From the NCBI GenBank assembly GCA_044892525.1, contig CM097885.1:10418001-10482000 (forward strand): a stretch of DNA of 64,000 nt, given 5' to 3'. A program made the translations under genes and the position numbers. This document shows, piece after piece, positions 42,601 through 55,639 of this stretch. How positions within the stretch are numbered: the first letter of the stretch is position 1; every line of letters begins with the position of its first letter. The notes under the pieces are model-generated. The model ran no database searches. It was not told the DNA's origin and was given only the letters and a program-made list of their open reading frames with translations. This DNA comes from Schmidtea polychroa. Its lineage: Eukaryota.

Positions 42601-44124
42601 TTATTATTAGCACTATTTACAATAATTTTATGTGCCGATTAGATTTTGGAATTCTCACCACCGATTATTTAGAGCAGTGATTTTCAAATTGTTGTCTGTA
42701 ACTTTAATAGAAACCACAGAAAACCTTTTAGAGACCTGGACAGATATTAAAATATTTTATTGCCTTTTGCAATTACATATCTTTATGAAGCCAGGTTATC
42801 CAATCTTGTAATAATTAAAAGCAAATCAAGAAAAAGGTACAATCCTAAACACGATTTACAATGTGCTGTAGCAATAAACGCGAATTGTATTTACTGATAA
42901 AGAAAAACACTTCCCGTTAATGTTTATTTGATTTTCACTTTTTATCGATGCTTTATTTTTTATTTCACGCTCACTTTTAAACGCGAAACTTAAATGTTAT
43001 CTACACTTATTTTTAATTTACAGACTTCTTTCATTGGTTGATTTTGAATATTTAAAAATAAAATTTTAATTTTAATGAATAACTTTGATGATTTAAATAA
43101 ACTAAAGATGAAACTTTATCAAATTTGAAATTTCGTATTCGTTGATAATGGAATTATAACCGAAACAATTGAATGGAAACTTCTTGCAAATTTATGACAT
43201 ATTTCCTATGTACAATATTGGATTTAGTTATTGTAATCTATTCTTAAAATATATCCAAAAATTTCATTGTTATTTTTGCAAAAATTCCCATTAAAATATA
43301 AATTGTATTAAAATGGATAATAATATGTATCGATTTTTATAAATTGCACTTCGACAATTTTTACTAGGTATTGGATTAATAATGATGAAAGGGGTATTTT
43401 GTAATGAAGATAATAATTTGCTTTCTATCAATGGAATTTATAATCATGTTATCATTGCTCTTTCAATTTTAAGTAACCATCAGAAACTATATAGAATATT
43501 CACAAAAAATCTGAAAGAAATTACTGAAAATTACTGAAATAGTTCATGTTTGATTTCTTTGGACGAGGAGCTACCAATGAATTGAAAGTAGAAAAACACA
43601 AAAATAAAAGCGTGAAAATTTGTATTGATTAGAAAAATTAATTTTATGTGATAATGAAAAATGAGAAGTGAAAATAAAATAAATATGTTACTAATACCAA
43701 CAGTTTGACAGCAATGTATATTCCACTGATTATCCATTATCAGGGCAGGCTCAGAGGTCGGGACTTCGGGGATTTTTCCCGAGGTCCCGCGCTTTCATAT
43801 TTCTAACAATTATTAGTTGCTAGGGCAGGTTTTTGACCCCAAAATGCTGTCAATAGTCAAGAGGTAACAAAACAGATAAATTTTGATGATATTATCAAAG
43901 AATTAGCATTAAAAAAAGTTTGTACGAAATAAGAATAAAAAATATTATGTTTTTGTATGTATATTATTGAATATATTGAAGGAATAAATATTTCATTAAA
44001 TAAATTTTTTGGGTTTTAGGTAAGTTAAGTCGGTACTTTAAATACTTTAAAAATTTGAAAATTTTATATTCAATAAATAGTGAACCACATTAAAATTTTA
44101 AATGTTAATTCTTTACATTGGAAG

Positions 44125-44168
<44 letters not shown>

Positions 44169-47100
44169 ATAAGTAGTAGTAATAGTAGGAGTAAAAATCA
44201 TTTTAAGTAATAAAGTTGATCACCAATTTATTCAATCATAAATAAATGTAATGAGAAATTCAACATTTTGCGAACATATAAGTATTTCTTGTTTTATTAA
44301 TTAGATTATCTGGGCAAATTTTAATTCTTGTTATTCCAGATTCAGTTTAAAATCAAAGATTTGGATAAATAAACAATTTGTGATTTAACCAACCAAATAC
44401 ATTTCCAAAAATAAAAACAACAAGACAAATGGGCAATTATTAATTAAATTAATTTTTCTAAATGCCTTATTAATTTTAAGTTAACTTTGAAAATGAATAA
44501 GCATATGGTTAAGAATAGCCCTAAATAAATTTTATATTTATTGTTTCATAAATTAATGTGTAATTAACAGTGTGAAGTATGTAGGAAGTCTTATTTGTAA
44601 TAACTAGTTGTGCTATAATTGCCTAAAATTTATTATATCTTTTGTTTACTTCAAATTATCGGCAGTACAATGAAAAATGTTTGTTTATTGATATAATTAA
44701 AATGTTTGAATCTTAATTTCAACGTCGAAAAGACTGGAATTAATTTTATACAACATGTTCCTATATTTCGTGCATTTTGTGAACTTAACATTAAGGGGGA
44801 TAATAATGAACAAATTATTAACAATCAATCATCATTTAAATATATTTTGATTATTTAGTGGGTTGCAAATCGCAACGACAAATTTGTAATTTATACCGAT
44901 TAGAATCAGTTTTACCACCAGATTCAATTCATTACCAGATACATGTATCAGTTTTAGAAGAAATACTTCTAACAAATTATTTTACGGGAATAACAGAATA
45001 CATTATTCATGTTTTAACAAGCGGCTGATAAAATCGGTAAAAATATAGTATTACTATATTACTGAAAACGGTGACAAACTATTGAATCGATTGACGGCAG
45101 AAGACAAAATATCATTAGAAAAGAGCACAATATTGTGTCTGATCACGATCATTATACAAGTGTATATCTAGGAGCCGACTATAATACATTTAAAAAACCC
45201 TCCAAATAAGAAAAATATAGCTGGGAATGTTTTATAATTTGTGAGTTTATGACATACAATCTTTGAATATGGATTATATCAGAGAGGTCTCAATAAAAAG
45301 TCAGTTGATTCAATCCTAGGAGAAATCGAGTTTTTTACAATGTGCTGATGAGTTCCAAATAAACTCAAAACTAATTTGCCATTAGAAATTGCATCCAAAA
45401 ATCTTTAGAATTTTATAGCACGTAATAATTATTCAAATAAAATATTTTTGCGAATAAATTACAAAGGCGTTTCGACATAATAAAATAATATGAACATTAT
45501 TCACAATTTAATATTTGTGTATCTATTTAACGAAATAAAATGTGTCAGTTAGGTATAGCAGATTTCACTGTTATTTTACAATTATCAAAACAGACAGACA
45601 TATAAGCTTCTAGGCTTAGGCAAAGTGGTTTGAATAAAAGTTTTACCTTATAACTTCTATTTGTTTACCAACATTTTTGATTTTATACCATCATGCTGTG
45701 TCACTAAGAGGCTAGGCAGAGAAGACTGAGTACCACAACTTTCGTTATTGATATAAGTTCTAATACATATCTTAGAAAATGTGACTGAATTTTGAAAGGA
45801 TGTACTTACATGATATTAAACATACATTTTTCTATTTTCATTAACTTCCTCATTTGTATAAAATAATATATTTATTATTCAAATATCAATAATTATATCA
45901 ATATCAATGTAATTTACAAATTTAAATTTTGATTATAATTTAGATATTGAATGCAATGAAATATTTCCTTTTATTTTGACTGTTCGGCACTTCCCCCTCC
46001 AATTATTAGTTTTCGTCATGACCTTTGTATGAAAAATACTACCGTCGACCATAATAATTTACACTCATTGAGCCATTTAAACTTTAAAGCTAAAACTAAA
46101 TAATAATTCATTAATTTTATTCCAATTGCAAACTGTGAAATTCTATTAGTGAATGCAGTATTATTTATAGTGTGAAATTTTGTTTGCAAGATCAAATAAT
46201 CTGTTCTTTTTATATCATCCCATTAGGCTTCATTGCCAGCTCTACCCATACTTTGGTTATGAGATCGTCGTTACTCACTTGGTAGCAAGTAATTGCAGAA
46301 ATAATATAAAATAATGAATACTAGTGAAGATTGGGATAAAAATAAAACATTTCAGCTTGGTTTTATGGTTAAATATTTTTTAGAAACGGATTGATTTTGA
46401 ATGATATAACGAAACCTCAACCCATGTTCTCCGTTGGTACTCTAATTTCGCATTTCCATATATTGCATATCTATTTCACGGATCGCCGTCAAATTAACGA
46501 GTTATTTAATTTACAATTAATTGCGGTAGAACAATAAAAATGTAATAAAGACAATGAATGTCTATTATGTAAATATCCTGTATTTTAAATTATTAACACG
46601 TTTAAACTTCTTGTTTAGAGCAAGTCTTATAATATTGCGAGTGATTCAACAGTGCATTTTGCAGTGAAAATAATTACGGTTTTTTATATATTGAAACTAT
46701 ATACTAAACTAAGATCAGAAATTTAAATTATACAGCTGAAGTCAACCTAGATATTGCTCGCAAGTACACAGTGCTAGGACAAAATTGTGTTCATACTCAG
46801 ACGAAACGACATCAGAGACAAGACCAATATGGAGTGGGGAGAATACTTTTAATGAAGCAGAAACACAGCAAGAATACTACAAGGAACTGAACAAAAATCG
46901 TATTAAAAACAACAAAAATTTAACAAATAAAAGTAAAGAACCGAAAAGAAATGGCAAAATATAACTAATGAATTAAAATATTAAATTAAAGAAAAAAGAA
47001 GTGTTAGGGATATACAAAAATGTATAATTAAAATGGGGCAGATGGAAATTTATACAAGTCAATTAAAATTAATTAAATATGCAAAAATGCAAAAACAATA

Positions 47101-47456
47101 TTTTTCGAGAATATTTGTGGTGACCGGAACCAAATACGTCTGAAGACTTATAAAATAATTTTAAATTAATAGAACTAAAAAAAATTAAATTATCTTATTA
47201 ACCACTTCTGTGGTCAACCTCTTGGAAAAATGTGGGTAAAAAAAAGCCATAATCAAATTACGACACGTGTCACCCAACGCGCGCGATGCATTCTCTAAAC
47301 TGGTGGGAAATGACCCAAGCTGCTCTCGAGCAAATCACTATAAAAAGTTTCGTGTACGATTTACCTGAATCCAGTTCGGGAAAATCACTCAAGGGGTTAA
47401 GAATGCAATGAAAACCCATAAATCATTGGAGAATCTCGAGAAATGACAGGCTAAAT

Positions 47457-47553
<97 letters not shown>

Positions 47554-50500
47554 GTTATGAAAAGATGATTAGTCAAAGCAGATTGTATTTTGTTCGGTGA
47601 TATCAATTGGATCTCTATTACGGAGATTTATTGAACGAATTGTATTCAGGTATGATTAAATAAAAGAGTTATTTTGTTAGGATTTTATTGATTTTAATTG
47701 AACACGAGGAGCCAAATCGAGACATAATTCCTATCGACATCTTATTAATATCGTAGGAAGAAAACAAAAATTATAACTATGTCTTCACAACGTATGTTTG
47801 GCAGTATTGCTTTAAATTTAGCTCATCAGCGAATTCAAAGTATAAAACAGCAAAATACCTAATGATTATTGACAATAAACATATACCGTAGGATACCTAT
47901 TATAATACCATAACAAATAAAGTACCACTGGTACTATATTTGACTTGTAGTGCCGAATAATATACCATGGTATTGTATTTGGAATTCATATTTTTCTATG
48001 TATATAACTCCTTTTTTGTCTTTTTTATAACAGTTATTATTTATTTTGCAGGTATACTAGGTGCGTTTTTTCTTAAATTTGTTAACGTTAAAAAATAAGT
48101 GAGATTATTGATTAATTAATTTTCTTGTTGTAAATAAATTGATTTATTGAACATACATGCTACTAAACTAGTTTGTTCTTTTCGTTTTAGAATATTGTTT
48201 CTAAATATTTTAACCCTCACAACTATGCCACCAAAGCGAAAGTCGATATCTGTTTCAGAAAAACTTAAAAACCCTAGTACAACGATAAAAACGATGAGAA
48301 TCGCTAAAATCTTTAGAAATTGGAAATTAGAAAATGGGTGAAATAAGAAAACAAACTCTTAGCAACTTACAAGGTAAAAAGCGTGTTGAAGACGGATGGC
48401 GCAAACAAATTTTTCCAGATATTGAAAAAAAGTTATTGAATGGGTCAAGAGACAATGAAAAAAAAATGAACAAAATGTTCTTTTGAATCTGATAACTCAA
48501 TGGAAATGGGAAATACTACCAACGAAACTGATGGTTCCTTTTTTATGACCCCAAGAGATCCTGATAACGTTAATGGTGTTGTTGGCCAACTAATATCAAA
48601 TTTATTTGGTGGATCAATTTAATAAAACTGATCTGATGTTCCTTAAGTTTAAACATGGTATATTTAGTATACCATAACAATATAATAGGTGCTCTACGGT
48701 ATACATTTTTCATACACATTGTGGTTTCGTTCCGAAAATTGTTCACTTAATGAAGTGTTTTCTTCAAAGATCAATGCGCACTTTTGGTTTAGAATTCGTT
48801 GGAACTTGCAATTGATTTCTTCTGACAGACACATAAACACACGTATTTTCTGTTTTATAATATAAGCGAAGATTTGGAGTTTAAAAACGGGTATTATTAT
48901 ATTGTCACTTAAATTACAAAAACGGTCACTTAATTTTTATTAAATTTGTCTCCTAAATTACATAATTGTGCTCTTAATTTAATTAAAAGGTCTATTAATT
49001 TGATCGGCCGAATTAAAATGTTAATAATTGTGATCACTAATTTTGAATTACCATTAATTATTAATTTAGTCAAATTAAACCCCAAAATACAAAAATGACC
49101 ATTCAGCCAGTGGCCGGTTATCAAAGTGATAAGACCTACATAGAAAAAGTATTTGAACAACAACAGCAGAAGCGGAAAAGAGAGGTCTATAATCGATTAT
49201 GTACATTCAATAACCACAAAACAGCCAAAGATCCAGAGACAAATGTTATGGAGCTTCCTCAAGAGAGAGAACAATGGAGATACTGATGTCTTCAGATGTA
49301 ACCATGTCAAATAAAGAGGACTATAATGTGCATCCGTTTTAAAACTCAACTACTCTGACACTGATAAGACTTTAAGAAATGCTATCTACTGATAAGCACT
49401 ATCACGAAACTATTACTGAAAGAGCAGTGGCAAAAGATAAAGCTAAAACCGGGATTCATCCTCGAGTTAAAGAGTTGATCGATGAGTACAAGTTAGAAGT
49501 GCAAATTTTGGCTAACTTGATTATTTTTTTTCAAAACTGAGCCGGATAATAACTATTTCATTGGCAACACAGCTCTGTGGTTATCTAAAGAATCCAGTTT
49601 TCATTTTTATTTAAGTGACCATCAAAGTAATATTTCGTATATTTCGGAGCATATTTCGTAAAAATAAGTGCTCAGTTTTATTTATTTAAAGTGATCAAAT
49701 CAGTAATTTAAGTGATTGCATATGATTTAATAAGGAGATCAAAAATTTTAAGTTATCATTTATGTAATTTAATCACAACCCGTTTATTAATAAGTTAAGG
49801 TTTATTGGTAAGCGGTAAATTTAAGTTAAAGTATCGATATTATCATTAATAATTATATTAAATATTATTTTTATTATAATTAATATTATCATAAAAATTA
49901 ATATTTATTTATTATTGTTGCTGTATTTTGTGCAAGTCCGTATCTCGACCTGACTGCTTGGTGTCTTTTGAAAGTAAGTTAAACAATCCAACACAAAAAT
50001 CTTTAATCGAGACTAATGCAATTAAACTATGATTACACTCTTTATTGACAAAACCACACTTTAAACAACTCTTGCTCTGCACTTTTTAATACCCATGTAA
50101 ATCTTGCGCAGTGATTAATCTTCCAACGGGAGATGTACATTTACACATATAATATTTTCAAGAATTAATGGGGTAATGTATCATAAAGGGGCTTGTACCA
50201 ATAGTACTTCCCAGGGGGATTGTTCTGGACATAGAAGAACATCGGTGAATATTTTCAAGTAAATATGCAATAAAATAAAATTATGAAGACGTACAAGAGC
50301 TCCATATGATCAATAGCAAATCGAAATCAAAAAAGAAATGGTATAGAAGGAAATGACGAAGCTTATTTATTGATTTTTTTCTTTTAGACTATGTAATATT
50401 TCGGAATCAGGTGTATACAAAAATTTTGTTTGCTTGAATTTGTCGGTTTGATTGTATTTTTATATATTGTTTACAAATATATTTTTTTCTTTTTCATTTT

Positions 50501-51736
50501 TTTTGGATTTAATTAAATAGTTCAACAATTAATAATCAAATTTTCAATGCTTTGTCAGTACCCTGTACGATTGTTGAAATAACCAATATTTGCACGTATT
50601 TGACAAAACTTATTGGAAGTTATGGTGTCCCCGAAGGGAAATTTTATGTTAGTTGAAATGCCATATTACCTCGTTCTTTGAATGGAGTTCATTACTCCTA
50701 CCTTCCAATTCATTATAATTCCATTTAGCAAAATCCATCTCATATAAGAATCATTATAAATTAAATTATCCATCAAACAAAATGGCGGCATTTAACCTTT
50801 CCACCATTTCAACATTTATTAGTATGCAAAAGTTAATAATATTTCTTCATTAATATCGGTTAAAATTGCATAATAAAAAGTCACGAAGACTAAAAGTAAA
50901 TTTAAAAGAATAATATTAAAACAAATAATCTAACATCAACAAATATTTTAAAGAAAATTCTAAATTAAAACTATAAATTATGATATTGATTTATTATTAT
51001 TATATTATTTAAATTATCGATCCATTAAATTAATTTAATATAAAAATGAAATATTACCAACACTTGCGAATATATCTCGCCCACCGCCAGCTTTAGTAAA
51101 TGCAATATCATAAACTTCTTTATCGTGAGCTATTAATTGTGTTTTTACATTGCCAGTCACTTGAATTGTTCTACCCGTTACTTGTCCTGTCTGGCTTATC
51201 AAATGCAATCAATAAAATATTGCATAATTTATTAAATCAACCTCTAAACTCCATATCGTACAAGTCGTATCAATACTGGAAGTTCCCAAAATGTTAGGGT
51301 CAATTTCATTCCAATCAAATGATGTTAAAGGTGCACAGAAATCTGAATTTTTATTACTGTTTAAAAGACATTCCAAGTGCGTTTCGTTATTTGGCGGTAC
51401 TCGCCAAATTCGCAAATAGTCACCGCTAGTGGCAAATAAATCCGGTAAATGACCTTTGGGATCTGGAATCCACATAATTTTTGTGGTCGGATATAAATGG
51501 TCGACGCAAGAAACCGCTACAAATTCACCCTTATCTTCATCCAAAGAAATTATTTGAACTTTATTATTATATTCTTCTATGAAACTTCCAATAGCTAATC
51601 TAAATTTTTTATCTGGTCTAATTGACCAATTAATGCTATATATATTCCATGGTGCTTCGTATTTATAAATTTCCTTTCGTTTTTGAGAACTGCTTGAACC
51701 TTTTTGAGGATTTGATTGATTATCATGCATAGCCAT
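25958..51736 (-). CDS. DCAF7: DDB1- and CUL4-associated factor 7 (WDR68/HAN11), 4 exons, ~356 aa
   Basis: Exons 51736-51242, 51190-51058, 37486-37335 and 26248-25958 have GT-AG introns and join in frame (1071 nt). Motifs: [95 protein letters not shown]. Confidence 0.96.
26463..27498. mobile_element. Non-autonomous piggyBac-like element
   Basis: TTAA|CACGTTGAAGACC ... GGACTTTAACGTG|TAAA termini; GC-rich subterminal CCCACCGGTG repeats at 27390-27487. Confidence 0.7.
26627..27350. mobile_element. Tigger/pogo-type MITE nested in the piggyBac element
   Basis: TIRs CAGGTATCCCTCCTACAATACGGT / ACCATGCTATAGGAGGGATATCTG, flanked by TA; inserted at a (TA)n run. Confidence 0.85.
28488..29425 (-). mobile_element. 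piggyBac transposase C-terminal cysteine-rich domain remnant, split by a hAT insertion
   Basis: Removing 28585-29348 plus one TSD restores [54 protein letters not shown]. Confidence 0.85.
28585..29348 (-). mobile_element. Non-autonomous hAT (Ac-like) element with hATC domain remnant
   Basis: TIRs TAAGGGCCTGCCGAAG / GTTCGGCAGGTCACTA, perfect 8-bp TSD ATTTTTTC, and CCGAAG subterminal repeats. ORF 28937-29326 has DPIEYWK...YPQLA...[14 protein letters not shown]. Confidence 0.92.
29584..29925 (+). mobile_element. Mariner (Mos1/mauritiana-like) transposase N-terminal fragment
   Basis: [61 protein letters not shown], with stops. Confidence 0.85.
30672..32317 (-). mobile_element. Tigger (pogo) DNA transposon, internally deleted and frameshifted
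   Basis: Perfect 25-bp TIR CACCTATCCCCCGATTTACACGGTA with TA TSD. ORFs 32013-31630 ([34 protein letters not shown]) and 31652-30957. Confidence 0.95.
32491..32654. promoter_or_regulatory. Array of four TCGCG(T/C)CTGTG(T/C)GCGC motifs in two inverted pairs upstream of an orphan ORF
   Basis: Motifs at 32491-32506 (+), 32539-32554 (-), 32594-32609 (+), 32639-32654 (-). The same inverted pair occurs at 41838-41853 / 41887-41902. A regulatory role is inferred. Confidence 0.5.
32785..33201 (+). CDS. Hypothetical 138-aa protein (CxxC...C...CxC N-terminus) nested antisense in DCAF7 intron 3
   Basis: ATG-started 417-nt ORF with protein-like composition in very AT-rich DNA; motif array upstream and AATAAA at ~33396. 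No family recognised. Confidence 0.5.
   Translation: MEDNECLICRISMSNMVNRCFFSTETCPCDRGSARLLQIINGSFSKRLEINDLTSVNHEMTEEELQDMSMKFPKRFKNIPKLSETIYDMSDKKINLLTYEYDILFNRALNKINTINGLTNNGFVQIKRVMRLITKKFF
34670..35620 (+). mobile_element. Decayed, internally deleted Gypsy (Mag-like) gag-pol remnant
   Basis: [21 protein letters not shown], knuckle remnants CKWCG...RCPA*DS...CNKSG.W..VCKS, and RT motif [10 protein letters not shown] (~35421-35450). Confidence 0.7.
36339..36700 (+). mobile_element. Mariner (mellifera-like) left end and transposase fragment
   Basis: TIR-like TTGGGTTGGCAACAAAGTAATTTCGG; remnants [35 protein letters not shown]. Confidence 0.8.
38377..41105 (-). mobile_element. Full-length hAT transposon (BED-finger, Ac/hobo-like) with frameshifted transposase
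   Basis: TIRs TAGAGATTGGGAT / ATCCCAATCTTTA, perfect 8-bp TSD ATGCTGTT, and TCTCGAGA subterminal repeats. ORF pieces 40581-40030 (BED CxxC...H...H, SIDEWTS), 40019-39120 ([20 protein letters not shown]), 39108-38806, and hATC tail [11 protein letters not shown]...RTRL to ~38700. Confidence 0.96.
43741..43940 (+). mobile_element. hAT (Tip100-like) terminus and C-terminal remnant
   Basis: GC-rich CAGGGCAGGCTC... end; [14 protein letters not shown] resembles the Tip100/ZMYM1-type C-terminus. Confidence 0.45.
47886..48699 (+). mobile_element. Non-autonomous pogo-family element
   Basis: TA-flanked TIRs CCGTAGGATACCTATTATA / TATAATAGGTGCTCTACGG; remnant [15 protein letters not shown]...[15 protein letters not shown]. 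Confidence 0.8.
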
Positions 51737-54700
51737 TAGAATAGAATATTAAAAATAATAAAAAATAATAAAAATTAATATTGAAAAAAATATTTAACTA
51801 TTGAGTTTATTTATTTTCATTAAATGGACATTTGTTTTATATGCATTTAATTTATTTATTAAAACACACAAAGAACAAGTTTTGAATCTTTTTATATATT
51901 TAATTATAAATACGTGTAATTATGAAATAAATTTCAATGAGTTTTAACGAAATTACTTTTATCTTCAATGTTTGACATATTTTTCATGATAAACATTTTA
52001 TCATATTATGAGATTTTTTATTCTGAATATTAGGAAAATAATTTATTTATTATCCCAGATGTTAATTTGTGTAACAATGTATAACAAATTTAAAATAATT
52101 ACAATTTTATAATTTTGATATTTTTCCTAAGTTTAGAATATCAATTTTTTGAAATTTTATTTTTAAAATATTTAAATATTTGGTTTGAGAATTTAAATAT
52201 AATGTTCGCGCTTATGGGGATAAGAGAAAAAAATTCGAGATGAACTAGGAGTGATCAAATATAGTCTAAATAGGGATTCTTCATACTCGCTAATGATTTA
52301 ATCACTTCCTCCCTACGGTCCCATGGCGTCCACCAAGTTGGAGATGTGCAGAGGCTGTGAAGGGCAAGGAGCAGGTGACCCCCATCACTAAGACTACTCT
52401 TCCCTGCTCCTTAGAACACGAATTTCAGTCTGCCGATAGAAAGTCTTATGTCAACAAGATATTGTAGCGGTCTCACATTTATAAACTTTAGTCTCTCACA
52501 GACAGATCTTCTCATGCAGTGTTCGGATAAAATCATTTTTAATGCCGCTGTTGGTTGAGACATCTTCTGTTGTAAGGAAATATAAAATTAAAAGTTTCCG
52601 ATTACTTGAATCCTTTGTTGGGCGTTTCTCAAAAAATCTACTGATTAAAACAACTGCTGACTAGCAGGTGTAAATGATGGTCATGTGTCTAAGTTGTTTA
52701 AGAGAAGTCAAAAGGAATTACACTGGATTCTCGAGAACTCGCCCCAAAATTGTTTCGAAATGACAAGACACCTATGATAGGAGTCATATTGGTAATGTGC
52801 AATGTCGGCGAAATCCATAGAGTAGTTGACCCCCTATGTTAGCACTACTTCTCTATAGCCTTTCTAGACGGTGTCTAGACTGCCGATAGAAGGACTTACG
52901 TCGGAAAAACAATCTCTATTCTCCTTGAGGTCCCAAAGGAGAAGGCAATATAGTGCAGAAAAAAGAAATTTGAGTAATGTTCAGGGGTTGATGAATCAAG
53001 AACTATGAAGCATGCTTAAGTTATCAAGAGTATCGAAATTAACATTTCACGAGTATAAGTCACAAATAACAAAAACCAAATTTATTTGTTAACAACTAAG
53101 CGGTTAGTATAATGAATTTTTCATCCATTCACATGAGATTTGCCCAGAAACTGGCAGCTTCGGCCTCTGCTAAAAGGTCATCCAGGTCGAAGTTGACAAC
53201 CATGGTCTCATCCCATAGTAAGGTGACTGGCGGGATCACTCAAATGATCTTAGATTGTTCCGATTTTTTGGCCGCGGCTTAGGCTTGCCTCATGCGCTTC
53301 CTATTGGTTCTCTCTGCCTTTTCTACCAAGCGACGACTAGTTGGGCAGTTGACGATGCCACCGACAGTTGCGAGATAATTGGATCAGAGCTAGTTCTTGG
53401 GCTGACGAAAGCTTGTGTCGTAGGAATCTTCGATGGCTCGTCGCAACCGGCGCATGCCAAACTGAGAGTGACAATTGGCCATTCCTATAGATGGTAAGCG
53501 GGAAATATATTGAGATAATCAATTCCGGGGAGTTTCCTTATTCGAGACTTTATCTCTTTGTCGATGTATATTTGATAGAGCATATGGGATTTCTCTTTGA
53601 TGAGGGTTCTTTGTGCGCGATTTTCCTCGAGCAGATTGTCTCGACAGTGCTCGATACGCAGACATTTTTTGTTGGCCTCCTTCATCTGGACAGGGGTAAA
53701 CCATGTCCCTTCTAGATGATCTATCTTTTGTCGTAGTAACTTGATTTCCGAACGTTCTAATCCGAACACGAAAAGAAAGGCTGGAGTTGTGTTTTTCTGG
53801 GTGGATTGGTTGTCATGTTCTAAAAGCCATAAGGAATTAACGAAATTGTTATTGTGAGAACTGGAGAAAATTCCGAAAGGATTTCGAACATAAGTGAAAA
53901 TGGGTTTGGAGATCGTGAAAGACAAAACTACCCAGATCCGGTGATGATAGTGACGGTGAAAAAATTAATAAATAGAGTAAACTGCTGGCAGCAAATTGGA
54001 AGCAATATTGGTGACTGGGATTTACGGGGTTACTTACAAAGATCATATTGTTCGTAGTCTAACAGCTATTAATATAATATCTAAGATGGGTCGATGAGTT
54101 TAGTATAATTTTCTACTACTAATTTTTTACAGACTATAATGTTTCGGAATCAGGTGAAGTGAACCTCGACTTTGCGAAGCACTTAAATTATAAAACTACA
54201 TCCGTTTGCAGTGAACAATCACATTATAATATGGGTTGGTGTGTACAACCAATTATAGATGCGACACTACATATTTCTGATGAAATGGTTAATTTATGAC
54301 TAACTATTTTAGCCATTTTATAAATGGCTTTCAAGTAATTTTTTTATTTAAAGTAAATTTTAAGACTTGATTTTTGATCCATATAGATATGATCTTAAAT
54401 ATTACTTTTTATCAACAATTTTTATTATAAATTATTTAAAATTAATTTTCAGGGTTTTTTTAGGAGTTTTATGAAATTTTATGAAGTTATTTGGAATTAT
54501 TTCGATATAATGTAAGTCAGATATATTTATTATCTTCAACATTTTCAAAGGCATTAATTAGTCGAATTTTCTCATGTTCTATTAAAAAACCTAATATTAA
54601 ATTTATTAAAAATATGAAGATAAATCATACGAAATACTGTCTTTATTAACTATACAACTCAAAGTTGAGTCTTCGGAATTTCCGTCAAAATTTTTTCGGT

Positions 54701-55639
54701 CATCTTTATCTAAAAATCTTTAAAAATATCTATAAATGATTTATTATAGTGCGCTTATTCATTACAACGATTCTACATATCGAAATTTTGCATGTATTTT
54801 TTACTATGTGTTGTATTTGTGTGTCAATTTATTTTTTCTACCATTTTCTCACTTTCTATGTTAAATGCGTTATTTATTGCAACGCTAAAAGTCAACACAC
54901 AGGTCAGTTTGTATATTTTTATAATATACACTTATTGATTTTATTTTTACATTATAGATGTGTTTGTTCACCCACTATTCTGCTTTTATCACAACAGATT
55001 CAGACAATACGCACCAAAATCCAATAATCCTGGTATGCATCCACTGTCCCCTTTTAAAGAACGAGATCAGAGTGTGCCTCGACGGATGAACATGGCACAC
55101 AAGTGGTCACCACCTGTCAAAAAACTGATCAGGTCATTGGATACCCTTGGACTTACCGCCAGTGAATCTTCCTTCTCATAGCAAACCACATCCAACGCTC
55201 ATAATATTAACCCAGCCATAAAAACATCATTTCCGGAACAACCTCTACTCTCTCCACATCAAAATCATCTCGCACAGCACCACTAACCGCACCATCCAAT
55301 ACACTAACCACAGCGCCACTTATCTCGTTCGATAACGACTTCTGTATAAGCGGCACACCGGTTCCACCACAAATACCGTGCACCACATTTCACACACTAC
55401 TTACCGCTACACCGATCGCCAGAATATAAGAAGAGATGAAAAAAAATTTACGTACAATTCAGAAGAAACTTTTCATTCAGCACGGTATTGCAGCCAAATC
55501 ATTATCACCTTCAGATGGGATTCAGATATCGACATCGCAATTCTATAATTAATAAATTTTCGGAGTTTTTAATTATAATGTTTTTCATAGTTACCATAGT
55601 AACATTAGAAATAATAAATGCTTACTAAGCTTAGAAGGA

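Noticed and set aside
49095..49500. Coding-like patch as the missing DCAF7 exon
   Set aside because: It does not encode DCAF7 sequence; the true exon is at 37486-37335. It is probably retroelement debris.
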